The notes beneath the pieces are model-generated. The model did not search any database. It was not told the DNA's origin and saw nothing but the letters and a program-made list of their open reading frames with translations. From NCBI GenBank assembly GCA_038208905.1, contig JBBQYG010000024.1, positions 1-34,850 on the forward strand: a DNA stretch of 34,850 nt. The letters are read 5' to 3'. The DNA comes from Candidatus Sumerlaeia bacterium (GTDB lineage Bacteria > Sumerlaeota > Sumerlaeia > SLMS01). This document shows, piece after piece, positions 17,995-30,579 of this stretch. The translations under genes were made by a program, and so were the position numbers. Positions within the stretch are counted from its first letter, which is position 1. Each line of letters opens with the position of its first letter.

Positions 17995-18108
17995 GAAGCG
18001 GGGTCGCTCCACATACCAAGCGAAATTTTGAGGGCTCCAAGCGGGGTTACTTGAATTCCATCGGTGTGTCGCCTAGATGTCACGGTAACTTCAATTCGGA
18101 GGTATCCG

Positions 18109-19632
18109 ATGATACGTCTGGCGATTGGCACGGCGGCGATCTGCGCGCTTTTGGGTTCGGCCGCAAACGCGCAGTTCATTACGGCGGAGAGCGAGAACAA
18201 CAACGCGGAGTCGGGCGCGGATGGGCCGGTTGGCCCCAACATCACCGTATCTGCGGCGATCGGCAGCAACAGCGATCAGGACTGGTATTACTTCGATGTG
18301 CCGACGGCGGGAATGATCGACATCACGCTGAACCATGCCTCGGGACGGGATTTCGACTTCTTCCTGTACAAGCCGACGGGGAGCCATGTCCTGAGCGGCC
18401 AATCGAGCGCGCGCCCGGAGACGGGGAGTTATTATGCCACGGAGCCCCTGCAATACAAGATCAAGGTCACGCGCCATAGCGGGACCGGCGCCTATACGCT
18501 GAACGTGAAATTTCCCGGCGGCTCCGCGACGCCGACGCCCTCGCCATCTCCCACACCAACGGCAACGGCCACGCCCAGCCCGACGCCGGGCGGAACGGCG
18601 ACGCCAACCCCCACGCCGACGCCGACGCTGACGCCATCGCCGACCCCCTCCCCCACTCCCACGGGATTTGGACCGCGGCCAAGCAAGCCAAGCAATCTGA
18701 CGGTGTTTATCACGGGCAACGCCGCCGATTCCGCCAACCAGCCCGTGGGCGGTCCGGGTCTGTTGCTGATGGGCGGGAACTTCGACGTGGACGAGGCCTT
18801 CGTCAACCGCGCCTATCCGGTCGCCAATGGCGGGGACGTGGTGGTGCTGAGGACGTCGGGGACCAACGGCTACAACGGCTATCTGTACAACCTGACGACG
18901 GGGCCACTGAAGCCCAACTCTGTGGAGACGATGGTCGTCAACACCGTGGCCAAGGCCAACACGGCCTATGTGGAGTGGGTGATCAACACGGCGGAGTTTG
19001 TGTACATGGCGGGCGGCGACCAGTCCACCTACCTGAACTACTGGAAGGGCACCAAGGTGGAGGACGCCATCCGGACGGCTTACAACCGGGGCGCGGTGAT
19101 CGGCGGCATCTCCGCCGGGCTGGCGGTGCAGGGCGAGTTCATTTATGACCCCGACGGCGTGACGGCGGTGATCAGCAGCGAGGCCATCGCGAATCCCTAT
19201 CGCAGCTCGATGATCCTCTCCGGCGACTTCCTGAACCTGCCGCTGATGGACAATATCATCACGGATTCCCACTTCCGCGACCGCGACCGGATGGGGCGGA
19301 TCTTCGCCTTCATGGGTCGGCTCAAGAAGGACGGCACCACGCCAGCAATCACGGGTATCGGCATCGGAGAGGACACCTCGATGTTCATCGATGCCTCGGG
19401 CATCGGCACCGTGGATGGCGACAAGGACGTGTATGTACTGCGCGAAGACGGCCTGACATCGCTGGTGCAATGCGTGAGCGGCCAGCCGCTGATCTACAAC
19501 AACGTGCTCAGGACGAAGCTGAACGTCGGCGGAACCTTCAACTTCAACACCGGCGTCGGATCCAGCCCGGCGATCCGCCTGAGCCTAAACGGGGGCAACA
19601 GCACGCCGTTCTCGCCGAATCCGCCGTACTGA
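18109..19632 (+). CDS. Secreted cyanophycinase-like peptidase (S51) with N-terminal PPC domain and Pro-Thr linker
   Basis: GGAGG RBS; signal peptide; LLLMGG, AGGDQ, GISAG (Ser), DSHF..RDR.GR (His), GIGED (Glu). Confidence 0.88.
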   Translation: MIRLAIGTAAICALLGSAANAQFITAESENNNAESGADGPVGPNITVSAAIGSNSDQDWYYFDVPTAGMIDITLNHASGRDFDFFLYKPTGSHVLSGQSSARPETGSYYATEPLQYKIKVTRHSGTGAYTLNVKFPGGSATPTPSPSPTPTATATPSPTPGGTATPTPTPTPTLTPSPTPSPTPTGFGPRPSKPSNLTVFITGNAADSANQPVGGPGLLLMGGNFDVDEAFVNRAYPVANGGDVVVLRTSGTNGYNGYLYNLTTGPLKPNSVETMVVNTVAKANTAYVEWVINTAEFVYMAGGDQSTYLNYWKGTKVEDAIRTAYNRGAVIGGISAGLAVQGEFIYDPDGVTAVISSEAIANPYRSSMILSGDFLNLPLMDNIITDSHFRDRDRMGRIFAFMGRLKKDGTTPAITGIGIGEDTSMFIDASGIGTVDGDKDVYVLREDGLTSLVQCVSGQPLIYNNVLRTKLNVGGTFNFNTGVGSSPAIRLSLNGGNSTPFSPNPPY

Positions 19633-19635
19633 TAC

Positions 19636-19751
19636 AGAAGGGAAAGGCAGGGAAGGCGGGAATACGGAGGAGGGGGGCTGAAATCCGGAGCATGCGGCGG
19701 CATTAACCGCCGTTCCCGTCTTTTCCGCTGTTGCCGCCGTTCCCCGCTTTT
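19636..19751. repeat. Opposed degenerate 9-mer tandem arrays between convergent genes
   Basis: agaagggaa aggcaggga aggcgggaa tacggagga (19636-19671) versus ccgccgttc ccgtctttt ccgctgttg ccgccgttc cccgctttt (19707-19751). Confidence 0.6.
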
Positions 19752-20484
19752 AACCTACCGGCGCCGTCACACCCGTGGGGCGGTCGATGACCTTGTCGAT
19801 GATGCCGAACTTGATGGCTTCCTCGGGCGAGAGGAAGTTGTCGCGGTCGCAGGCCTTGGTGACCTCGGCGACGGACTTGCCGGTGTGGTGGGCGATGACG
19901 TTGTAGACCATGTCGCGGACGCGCATCATTTCGCGGTACTGGATGTGGAGGTCGGTGACGGAGCCGCGCGCGCCGCCGAGGGGCTGGTGGATCATGATGC
20001 GCGCGTGGGGGAGGGCGCCGCGCTTTCCCGCGGTGCCGGCCAGCAGCAGCAGCGATCCCATGCTGGCGGCCTGCCCGATGCACACCGTGGCCACGTCGCA
20101 CTTGATGATCTGCATGGTGTCGTAAATGCCCATGCCCGACGTGATGACGCCGCCGGGCGAGTTGATGTAGAAATTCACGTCCTTGTCGGGGTCCTGGGTT
20201 TCGAGGAAGAGGAGCTGTGCCGTCACCAGGTTCGCCACGCGGTCGTCGATGTCGCGGCCCAGGAAAATGATGCGGTCCTTGAGCAGGCGCGAGTAGAGGT
20301 CATAGCGCTGCATTCCGCGGTCGGTTTCCTCGATGACCATGGGGTTGGGGACGTACCAGCGCTCGTAGTCCTCGTCCTCGGCCATGGGGGTGTTGCCGTG
20401 GACAAGGCCCAGGTCGCGGGCGCGCTCCTGCTGCTCGCGAAGGCCGCGGCGAAGTTCGGCGGGAAAGTGTTGGACGATGGACAT
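19750..20484 (-). CDS. clpP: ATP-dependent Clp protease proteolytic subunit
   Basis: [45 protein letters not shown] before ATG 20484. Confidence 0.97.
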   Translation of the reverse strand: MSIVQHFPAELRRGLREQQERARDLGLVHGNTPMAEDEDYERWYVPNPMVIEETDRGMQRYDLYSRLLKDRIIFLGRDIDDRVANLVTAQLLFLETQDPDKDVNFYINSPGGVITSGMGIYDTMQIIKCDVATVCIGQAASMGSLLLLAGTAGKRGALPHARIMIHQPLGGARGSVTDLHIQYREMMRVRDMVYNVIAHHTGKSVAEVTKACDRDNFLSPEEAIKFGIIDKVIDRPTGVTAPVG

Positions 20485-20581
20485 GGGTGTGGTCTCCTCG
20501 GGCACAGTGTGGGGTTCCGCCGGAGTGACGGGGCAACTCTTGTTCCCGTTTGGCGGCACCGCCGGGGGAAATCCGCCGTCG

Positions 20582-22978
20582 TCACGCCGTCCGCGTCACC
20601 CAGACGGGGCTGGTCCACGCGATGTGGTCGCCGTCGAACTCCGCGCGCAGGTAGTACCAGGAGGTTCCCGAGGCCACCGCATCGTCAATGATGGTCATGC
20701 GGGTCGTGTATCCCTCGCCGCCGTACTCATACCAGTCCTCGTTGTTCTTCACCACGACGAGGCGCTGGATCCCCTCTCGCGAGGCGAGGGCGGCGCGGAT
20801 GGCGACCTTGCTTTCGCGGGTGTCGAACTCGGCGCCCATGACGTGCTCGTTCACGCGGAAGTCGATGCTGGGCTTGTTGCCCGTGGTGCCAAAGGTGCGG
20901 CGCAGGCGGAGGGCCTCGAAGATGGATTCCCGGCTGAGGTCCGGCGCCAGGACTCCGGCGCGGCCGGTGCCGAGGGCATCGCGCCGCCACCCCGCATGGT
21001 GATGCCACAGCAGGCCGTGGCAATCGGTGCTGCCCACGATGCCAAAGCGCAGCCCCCGCGCGAAGCCATCCTGCAGGAAGTGGCCGCGCAGCCCGCCGCG
21101 CGCCTTGATCGGGCGGTTGCCCATGAACTCGAAGCGCCCGTGGTTGGAGATGATCTCCGCAAAGGTCTGCACCGCGGGGTCGAAGTTCTCCCAGTCGGTC
21201 CCCGTCCAGCCGGTGTGGTGGGGCGCGACGAGGCAGTTCCACTTCTTCAGCTCGGCATAGAGCAGCGCCGTGGTGGCATACCGCTCGCGGTCGTGGTCGA
21301 AGAGGGGGACCTCGGGATTCACGCTGTAGATGCACTTGTGGCCCACGCCCTTGGGATAGCGGGCGGTGGTGTATTCCTGGGCAAAGAGCGTCGCGTATTT
21401 CCCAGGCTTGTTGAACTGCTCGGTGACGGCCTTCTGGTACTCGTAGTCCGCGGGGGAAAGGCTTCGGCCAACGAAGGTGTCGTGATCGGTCAGCGCGCCG
21501 AAGTCGTCCTCGTAGTAGTCGCGCCGCGAGGAGTAGTAGTCGTCCACGTCGCCCATGCCATCGGACATGTTGGTGTGGCCGTGGATGTCGCCGTAGTAGG
21601 TGTTGAGCGGCGTGGCGATTCCCTCGAGATCCTTCAGTTCGGGCCAGCGCCGGGGCGCGCGGACGATGTTGACCGGCGTGGCGATTAGCGTGGCGGGCGC
21701 AGCGACGGGGCGGAGGTCGGGCGTTTGCTTCTCTCCGGCGGCGAGGCCCGTGAGCTTTTGCAGCACACACAGGTTGAGGTCGCGCCGCGCGGCCCACACG
21801 TCGCCGTTTGGGGCCACGCTTGTTTCAAGATAGGTCCCGCGCCCGCCCCATCCGTCGGCGGGAATGCGGTAGAGCGGCGACCATTTGCCGCCGCGATAGA
21901 CCTGGAGGCAGAAGCTGTGGGAGGGGCGGCCCGTGACCATGACGGCGCCATTGGCGAGAATCGCGAGGCGCGGGAATTCGAAGCTCTGGTCGGTTCCCTC
22001 CTTGTCCAGGTTCATTGCGACCGGAGGAGAAGTAGGTTCATGGACCTTCCCGTCAACGACGGCGCGCAGGTAGAACCAGCGCGGCATGTCCCAGCGGTCT
22101 TCTCCGCGGATGTTTGACTGATACGCAACCCACACGCGGCCATCGGAATCCACGGCGATGGCGGGCGCCATGTTGAGCGCGGGCGCATGCGTCACGCGGA
22201 TGGGATCCTGCCACTTGGCGCCATCGTGGCGGCGTATATACACGTGGCGGACGCCCTGGCCCGCTTCCTGATCCCACGCCAGCCACATGTCGCCGCCGGC
22301 GCCGCGGGCAAGGGCTGGGCGGCGCGCGTCGGTTTCGGCGACCACGAGTTTCTCGTCCGGCACCGCGCTGCCGTCAGAGAGCCCGCCCGCGATTCCTGCG
22401 GTGCCGCCGGCGGAATCCACCGTCTCATAGGCGACCCAGCAGCGGGCGCCGTCGTGATCCGAGACGAGGGCCGGGCGATAGGCATAGACGCGGGGGGCGC
22501 CCTCCGCGCTGGCGGCGACGGCGCCGTTCTGTGCGCGGGCGATGCGGGGCACCCACTGGCCGTCGCGGCGTTCGGTCCAGGCGAGGAAGACCCCCGCCGC
22601 GGCGGTGTCCATCGCGAGCGGACCGGCGAGCGCGCCCTCCGCGCTGACGGCCAGCTCGGGGCCCAGCGCCTCGCCGTCGAAGCTCGCCAAGTAAACGCGG
22701 TCGATCTCCTCGCGCTCGCCGACCCACGCCGTATAGACGTTCCCATCCAAGTCAACGCTCACCCGCGGATGGTTGTTGCGGGGTCCCGTGCCGAGGACCT
22801 GGCGGCGGGCGAGGGCGTAGCTTTTCTCCGTTTCGAGGAGGACACTCTCCATCTCCTCCTCCCACGGGATCTGGCCCAGGGCGATGTCGCCGCCATAAAT
22901 CCACGCGGCCCCGATCGCGGCCCCGGCACCCAGCTTAAGGAACTGGCGACGGTCAAGGTGGTCGGGGCGAGTGCGCAT
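20582..22978 (-). CDS. Tat-exported DUF3604/PHP-like (CehA/McbA-type) metallohydrolase with N-terminal beta-repeat region
   Basis: DRRQFLK twin-arginine signal; GDIHGHT..SDG, LTDHD, QEY, PHH, STDCHG; C-terminal Ig-like YY.R....AWTSPVW. Confidence 0.85.
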   Translation of the reverse strand: MRTRPDHLDRRQFLKLGAGAAIGAAWIYGGDIALGQIPWEEEMESVLLETEKSYALARRQVLGTGPRNNHPRVSVDLDGNVYTAWVGEREEIDRVYLASFDGEALGPELAVSAEGALAGPLAMDTAAAGVFLAWTERRDGQWVPRIARAQNGAVAASAEGAPRVYAYRPALVSDHDGARCWVAYETVDSAGGTAGIAGGLSDGSAVPDEKLVVAETDARRPALARGAGGDMWLAWDQEAGQGVRHVYIRRHDGAKWQDPIRVTHAPALNMAPAIAVDSDGRVWVAYQSNIRGEDRWDMPRWFYLRAVVDGKVHEPTSPPVAMNLDKEGTDQSFEFPRLAILANGAVMVTGRPSHSFCLQVYRGGKWSPLYRIPADGWGGRGTYLETSVAPNGDVWAARRDLNLCVLQKLTGLAAGEKQTPDLRPVAAPATLIATPVNIVRAPRRWPELKDLEGIATPLNTYYGDIHGHTNMSDGMGDVDDYYSSRRDYYEDDFGALTDHDTFVGRSLSPADYEYQKAVTEQFNKPGKYATLFAQEYTTARYPKGVGHKCIYSVNPEVPLFDHDRERYATTALLYAELKKWNCLVAPHHTGWTGTDWENFDPAVQTFAEIISNHGRFEFMGNRPIKARGGLRGHFLQDGFARGLRFGIVGSTDCHGLLWHHHAGWRRDALGTGRAGVLAPDLSRESIFEALRLRRTFGTTGNKPSIDFRVNEHVMGAEFDTRESKVAIRAALASREGIQRLVVVKNNEDWYEYGGEGYTTRMTIIDDAVASGTSWYYLRAEFDGDHIAWTSPVWVTRTA

Positions 22979-23266
22979 CAAATTTCCTCTCCGCATGGCG
23001 GATTGAATTCTTGCAAAACGGGCGATGACGAGCAGCCTGCGGCCTGTGGGGGGTGGGTCAAGGATTGGATTTGGAGCGGGTTGGAGGCCGATCAAGGCCG
23101 TATGCGCGGCATTCCCTTCGCTCCAAACAGTTTTATTGACCCTGCCGGGTGGCGCCGAAAGCCTTTCCAACGATGCACGGCCCGCGAGGCCGGGGGGTCG
23201 CAATTAACCTGCCACCCCGGGTCGGTCTCGGGGCTTTGCCCATCCAGAAGGAAGAGGAATCTCTCA

Positions 23267-25738
<2,472 letters not shown>

Positions 25739-25768
25739 CGCGAAGGCGAAGTAAGGCAGGAAATCGAG

Positions 25769-25796
25769 GAGCGGCTCCGGAGGATCGGGGCCGCTC
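25769..25796 (+). terminator. GC-rich hairpin after hppA (possible terminator)
   Basis: gagcggctccgg-agga-tcggggccgctc, 30 nt past the stop; weak T tail. Confidence 0.45.
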
Positions 25797-25930
25797 CTTC
25801 GCGTTTCAGCATGTGGCGATATCCACACGTTAACCCAAAGTTTCCGGGGCATTTGCTCCTTGACTGGAGGGGGAGAACTTCGAACTTGCAAGGTGGCGCG
25901 CCAACGAGGTGTTTGGGCACGGGGATGGCC
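25771..25930 (+). repeat. 160-bp direct repeat, copy 1
   Basis: Ungapped match to 28218-28377; 26 mismatches in 160 by hand count. Confidence 0.95.
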
Positions 25931-26080
25931 GCGGTGCGCCGTGTGGCTCACCCCACCTCCTCCAAACCATTGCCAGAGCGCGGCCGCTGGTGGGGCGCCT
26001 GCTCGCCGTGGACCAACCCGCGAGCGATCCTGCGGCGACGCGGGGCGACGGCGTGGCTCCATGCCCCTCACCCTCAACTG

Positions 26081-26110
26081 CTGCGCCCCCCGGGTTACCG
26101 GGGGGCGCGG
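26081..26110. terminator. Strong hairpin downstream of the nuclease gene
   Basis: gcgccccccgg-gtta-ccggggggcgc, perfect 11-bp stem; no clear U tract. Confidence 0.45.
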
Positions 26111-26138
26111 GGTTGCTGCGGTTTGACTTTGCGACGCT

Positions 26139-27764
26139 TTAGAAGCTGGCGGTCGCGGTTAGGTTGACGGTAGAAGCGGTGTAGCCGTTTACGGAGACGT
26201 ACCAGGTGCCGGTGCTGAGGGCGGGGGATGTGGTGGTGGAGATCGTCACCGATTCCGCAGAGCCGTTCAGGTAGGGGCGGAAGTCGTAGCTCGTCGTGGT
26301 GGCGTAGCCGGTTTTCTTCACATAAAGGTCTCCGTCGCCGGAACCTGTCATGTTGATCAGCACGCTCTTGGCGCCGGAGGGAACGGTGATGGTGTAGTTT
26401 TTCCAAGCGCCGGAGGCGACGCTGACGTTTGACACGCTGAGGAGGGTGGTGCTACCCGGCGTGGCGGTGGGGGTGGGCGTAGGTGTGGGTGTGGGCGTGG
26501 CCGCGGAGCCCGTGGTGATCGTAGCGCTGAGGGTGAAACTGGAGGCGGTGTAGCCGTTGACGCTGATGTACCAGCGACCGCTGGACACGGCGGGCGAAGT
26601 GGTGCCGGTTACGGTAACAGTCTCTGCGCTGCCGCCCGCATAGGGGCGGAAGTCATAAAGGCTGGAGGTCGGTTGACCGGCCTTGCGCACGTAGAGATCG
26701 GCGTCCCCCGTGCCGCCCTGCACGATTTGGAGCTGGGTGGCGTTGGAGGGGAGGTCAATGTAGTAGTGGACCCAGCCGGCGGCAGCGACGGAGCCGGAGA
26801 CCTGGACGCCGCTGCTGAGGGCGCCGCTTGCGGGAGTCGGGGCGGGGGTGGGCGTTAAAGTCGGCGTCGGGGTGGGTGTGAGGGTCGGCGTCGGGGTGGG
26901 TGTGAGGGTCGGTGTGGGAGTTGGCGTGGGGGTGGAGCTGCTGCCGCCGAATATAGCGGGTACCCACTCGGGGCGGTCGATGAAGGGGTTACGGTTGTTC
27001 TGCCAGTTGGTGTAGATGAGGTGGTTGCGGCGCTGTTCGCGGGCATTCACGGGATCGTTGGTGTTCCACTGGAGAAGGGTGGAAAGGACCGCCATTCTCG
27101 GCTGGCCCGTGGAGGGAAGGGTCTGGCCGAGAACGAGGTCGGGCTCGTTGGAAACGTCGCCGCTGTAGCGCAAGTCCATGTAGAACATGGAGCGGGCGAC
27201 ATCGCCCTTCACGTCGTCCCAAGGTTCGAAGCGGCTGTTGCCTTGACGGTTGACTGTGCCGGCGGGGGCGTTGAAAACGGGGTAGGTGTTGCCGCCGACA
27301 ACGATGTCGAACACGAAGTTATTGCGTGTCGAGTTGATGTTCTTTTCGCAGGCATAGAGGTGGTGCAGGTCGGTGTAGGCGGGATAGCTCTCCACGTCGA
27401 AGCCGTAGGACTTGGGCCAGGAGTGCTCGCGATTCCAGACGATGCCAGTGGCGGAGCCGTCGCGCTGGGTCTTGGCGAGGGAGCGGTTGCTGTAGATACA
27501 GCGGATGTTGCTGGCGTTACTTGGATCTTCGTCGATCTGCTGCAGCGCCGTCCAAACTGTTGCGTAGGTCTTCTTGCTGTGGTTGTCGATGATGTCGTGC
27601 AGGGATTGGCGAAGAGCCGAGCCAGACTGGCCTTCGGCGGCGGTGTAGTATCCGGCGGGAGGAGCGTACTGGGCGAAGCCCGTGGCGGGGAGGGAACTCA
27701 AAGCAAGGAGAGCGAAGGCGCATAATGATGAGCTGCGCTTGGCACAGGACACGAGCGAGTACAT
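26139..27764 (-). CDS. Secreted endonuclease I family (Bsn-like) nuclease with Pro-Thr linkers and two PPC domains
   Basis: WNREHSWPKS, TDLHHL, NSTRNN, EP.D..KGDVAR..FYM..RY, E..RN, NRNPFIDRPEW; PPC motif GD.DLYV....T...YDFRPY..GS.E twice. Confidence 0.93.
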   Translation of the reverse strand: MYSLVSCAKRSSSLCAFALLALSSLPATGFAQYAPPAGYYTAAEGQSGSALRQSLHDIIDNHSKKTYATVWTALQQIDEDPSNASNIRCIYSNRSLAKTQRDGSATGIVWNREHSWPKSYGFDVESYPAYTDLHHLYACEKNINSTRNNFVFDIVVGGNTYPVFNAPAGTVNRQGNSRFEPWDDVKGDVARSMFYMDLRYSGDVSNEPDLVLGQTLPSTGQPRMAVLSTLLQWNTNDPVNAREQRRNHLIYTNWQNNRNPFIDRPEWVPAIFGGSSSTPTPTPTPTLTPTPTPTLTPTPTPTLTPTPAPTPASGALSSGVQVSGSVAAAGWVHYYIDLPSNATQLQIVQGGTGDADLYVRKAGQPTSSLYDFRPYAGGSAETVTVTGTTSPAVSSGRWYISVNGYTASSFTLSATITTGSAATPTPTPTPTPTATPGSTTLLSVSNVSVASGAWKNYTITVPSGAKSVLINMTGSGDGDLYVKKTGYATTTSYDFRPYLNGSAESVTISTTTSPALSTGTWYVSVNGYTASTVNLTATASF

Positions 27765-28217
27765 TGGAGAAGGACTCCGGGGGAGGTGATTTACTTCGGA
27801 ACGTTTCAGCCTCCATGGATCGCTGTGGAAGTAAAGTGACAATTCGCACGTTGCCAACTTTTTTTGGAGGCCCCCAAGAATGCCGTTTTTTTGGCAGAAT
27901 CGGCCAAAAAGCGGGGCTTTTCCCCCCTCCGATCCGGACATTGCCAGCCTTTCTGGCCCTGCTCTTCGCTGCCGCCACTGCTACCGCCCAATCGGCCATT
28001 TTTCTGCTCGGCGGCCCGGGCGCTGTCCGGTGCTCGGCCACAAGCTCGCCCAACCGCGTCCGGCCTCACCAAGCGCGAAATCGCGCGACTGCAAGGGTGC
28101 CGCACGCGATTGACGGCGGATGACTGCAATGTCGGCGCGGCGGTGGATGTTGCGGATGCGATTCGGGCGTTTGATTGATTGGGCGGGCTTTTAACCCGTG
28201 TGGTTGAGTGCGAGGGG

Positions 28218-28377
28218 GCGGCTCCGGAGGATCGGGGACGCTCGTTTGCGTTTCAGCATGTGACGATATCCACGAATTAACCCAAGATTGTCAGGGCTTT
28301 TGCCCTGTGATCGGAGGGGGAGAATTTCGAATCTGCAACGTGGCGCGCCAGCGGGACGTTTGGGCACGGGGATGGCC
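28218..28377 (+). repeat. 160-bp direct repeat, copy 2
   Basis: See copy 1; ends 57 bp before the DUF4394 start codon. Confidence 0.95.
28259..28376 (+). promoter_or_regulatory. Putative sigma-54 promoter with upstream activator site
   Basis: GGGCACGGGGATGGC (28362-28376; GG-N10-GC). TGT-N10-ACG at 28259-28274 is a perfect TGT-N10-ACA in copy 1 (25812-25827). Confidence 0.5.
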
Positions 28378-28434
28378 TTGGAAGGAGCGCTTGGTTTGTT
28401 GAGCGACATCCACTCCCGAAAGGACGCCTTCCGC

Positions 28435-30495
28435 ATGAAGAACGATCCCCGACGTATTGTACCCCTTGGCGTGCTTGCGGCCCTAGCCCTGGCAGCGTCG
28501 CAATCGCAGGCGGAGACGTTGGCGGTGCTCCGCGCGGGAAATTTGATCTATCGCGTGGACACGTTGAACGCCGCATTGGCCTCTCCGGCGGTGGCGTTGG
28601 TTGGCTTTGTGGATTCCGGGGAGCAACTGGACTCCATCGACGTGCGCCCGGCGACGGGGGAGCTGTATGGCGTGAGCAACCGGGAGCGCATCTATCGCAT
28701 CGATGTGGCGACGGGCCGCGTGGCGCCGGTGATCGAGGGTCGTTTCTCGGCGACCAACTTCTCTCCCTATAACATAGACTTCAACCCGGTGGTGGACCGC
28801 ATTCGCCTGCTGGGTGCCGGGGGCAAGAACCTGCGCCTGCATCCCGATACGGGTGTGCAGGTGGCCGCGGACGGCGACATCGCGTATCAGGAGTCCGGCG
28901 GTGTGACTCCGAGAATCGCGGCCATTGCCTATGACAACAACCGGGCCGACGCGACGGTGACGACGTTGGTGGGCATCGACACGGCGACTCGGCAATTGGT
29001 GACGATCGGTTCCCGTGGGAGCGCGCCGATTTCACCCAATTCGGGCACGGTGATTCTGGCGGGCCGCGCGGGTATCAATCCGGTCGGGGGCCCGGGCTTT
29101 TCGGCGTTGGACATTTCTGGCGCAACCAACGCGGCGTACTTTACCAATAATCCCTTTGGCGATACCGCCGACCTGTATGTGATGGACACCGCCAAGGGCG
29201 GAGTCCGGCACATCGGCACGCTGCCGGGCGATATGCGCTCGCTGGCGGTGCTTCCCGCGGTGCCGCGCGAAGTGATCGCGGCAATCACCCAGGATGGCCG
29301 GCTGATCACCTTCTATTCGGACTTTCCCACCTCGCTCCTGTCGGATGATTCCATCACGGGCCTCGCGGGCGGAGTCGTTCTCGGCGATCTCGACCTGCGG
29401 CCCGCGACGGGCGAGCTGTTCTCCATCGGCAGCGACGACCGGCTCTATCGCGTGTCGCCCACGGGCGTTGCAACCGCGGTTGGCGGGCCGATCATTCCAA
29501 GCCCGACGGAAGGCCTGGCGGGTTTCGACTTCAACCCGAGCGTTGACCGCATCCGTGTCTCGGCGGCCAACGGCATCAACCTGCGCCTGAATCCGAATGA
29601 TGGCCTGCTCGTCGCCCAGGACACGTCGCTGGCCTATGCCAACGGCGATCCCAATGCGGGGGATTCGCCCACCGTGGTGGGCGCGGCGTATTCGGGCAAT
29701 GTGCCCGCCTCGCCCATGACCACGCTGTATGTGATCGACAATGTGCAGGGCGTCCTGGCGCGGCAGGGTTCGATGGGCAGCGTGCCCGTCTCGCCGAACG
29801 CGGGCCAGCTCTTTACGGTGGGATCGCTCGGCGTGGAACTGGACGGCAACCTCGGGTTCGACATCTCCGGCAGCAGCGGCATCGCCTACCTTGCCGCGGG
29901 AACGTTGGGGCTCGCCGGTGGAACCTCCGCGTTTTTCCACCGGGTTAACCTGCAAACGGGGACGCCGATTCCCGTGGGCCTGATCGGCGAGGGAGAATCC
30001 ATCGCCGGCATGACCGCCATGACAACGCCGAGCGGCAACCCCGTCGTGGTGATCGCCGCCCTGGGCCCGACGCAGTGGACGCCCACCACGGTGAGCCCCT
30101 TTGCGCCGCCGTTCTTCGACGCGGAGGATGGCCTGATCATCGGCTCCTTCGCGAATCCGGAAAACACCTTCGGCTTCTGGCAGACCTCTCGCGAGCTGGC
30201 GGCACTTCCCATCGGGCGCTATCGCATTCGCATGGAACTCGCTACGCTGCCCGCCACCGAAGGCGCACGGCGTCCCGAGCTGCGCGTTCGCCTGTTCAAT
30301 GCGGACAATACACTGAGCAGGTTTGCGCTCCTCGCCAATCCGATCCCCGGCGACACCGCGCCGACCTTCCTCAACGTGTTGTGGGAGAGCGACGGCACAA
30401 CGCCGTGGCGCATCGCGCTGGACCTGCTTTCCTTCCAGCCCGACATCCAGGGCGGCTATCGCATCACGGCGATCTCCGTGTCTGCGCTGGAGTAG
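28435..30495 (+). CDS. Secreted protein with two DUF4394 domains and an unassigned C-terminal domain
   Basis: Twice D.RPATGEL, DFNP.VDRIR, NLRL.P..G, AY, TTL..ID, F...DISG; signal peptide; AAAGGA RBS. Confidence 0.88.
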   Translation: MKNDPRRIVPLGVLAALALAASQSQAETLAVLRAGNLIYRVDTLNAALASPAVALVGFVDSGEQLDSIDVRPATGELYGVSNRERIYRIDVATGRVAPVIEGRFSATNFSPYNIDFNPVVDRIRLLGAGGKNLRLHPDTGVQVAADGDIAYQESGGVTPRIAAIAYDNNRADATVTTLVGIDTATRQLVTIGSRGSAPISPNSGTVILAGRAGINPVGGPGFSALDISGATNAAYFTNNPFGDTADLYVMDTAKGGVRHIGTLPGDMRSLAVLPAVPREVIAAITQDGRLITFYSDFPTSLLSDDSITGLAGGVVLGDLDLRPATGELFSIGSDDRLYRVSPTGVATAVGGPIIPSPTEGLAGFDFNPSVDRIRVSAANGINLRLNPNDGLLVAQDTSLAYANGDPNAGDSPTVVGAAYSGNVPASPMTTLYVIDNVQGVLARQGSMGSVPVSPNAGQLFTVGSLGVELDGNLGFDISGSSGIAYLAAGTLGLAGGTSAFFHRVNLQTGTPIPVGLIGEGESIAGMTAMTTPSGNPVVVIAALGPTQWTPTTVSPFAPPFFDAEDGLIIGSFANPENTFGFWQTSRELAALPIGRYRIRMELATLPATEGARRPELRVRLFNADNTLSRFALLANPIPGDTAPTFLNVLWESDGTTPWRIALDLLSFQPDIQGGYRITAISVSALE

Positions 30496-30522
30496 CCTGT
30501 CCACACGGCGGCACCAAAATCG

Positions 30523-30561
30523 ACGAGCCCCGGAATGACAATCGGTCATTCCGGGGCTCGT
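30523..30561. terminator. Bidirectional hairpin between convergent genes
   Basis: acgagccccggaatgac-aatcg-gtcattccggggctcgt, perfect 17-bp stem. Confidence 0.7.
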
Positions 30562-30579
30562 AGTGTTCGGTGGCGGCGG

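Noticed and set aside
18525-18663. DNA tandem repeats here and at 26455-26500 and 26835-26935
   Set aside because: They encode Pro-Thr linkers with synonymous variation.
22187-23266. 360-aa N-terminal extension of HppA
   Set aside because: Mostly antisense to the DUF3604 gene; a good RBS and ATG sit at 23267.
27780-28210. Small genes between the nuclease and repeat copy 2
   Set aside because: Short ORFs lack motifs and ribosome-binding sites; the A/T tracts at ~27858-27921 suggest promoter DNA.
25771-28377. CRISPR array or integron attC cassette
   Set aside because: Only two long copies, no spacer periodicity, no attC-type ends recognised, and no cas or integrase genes.
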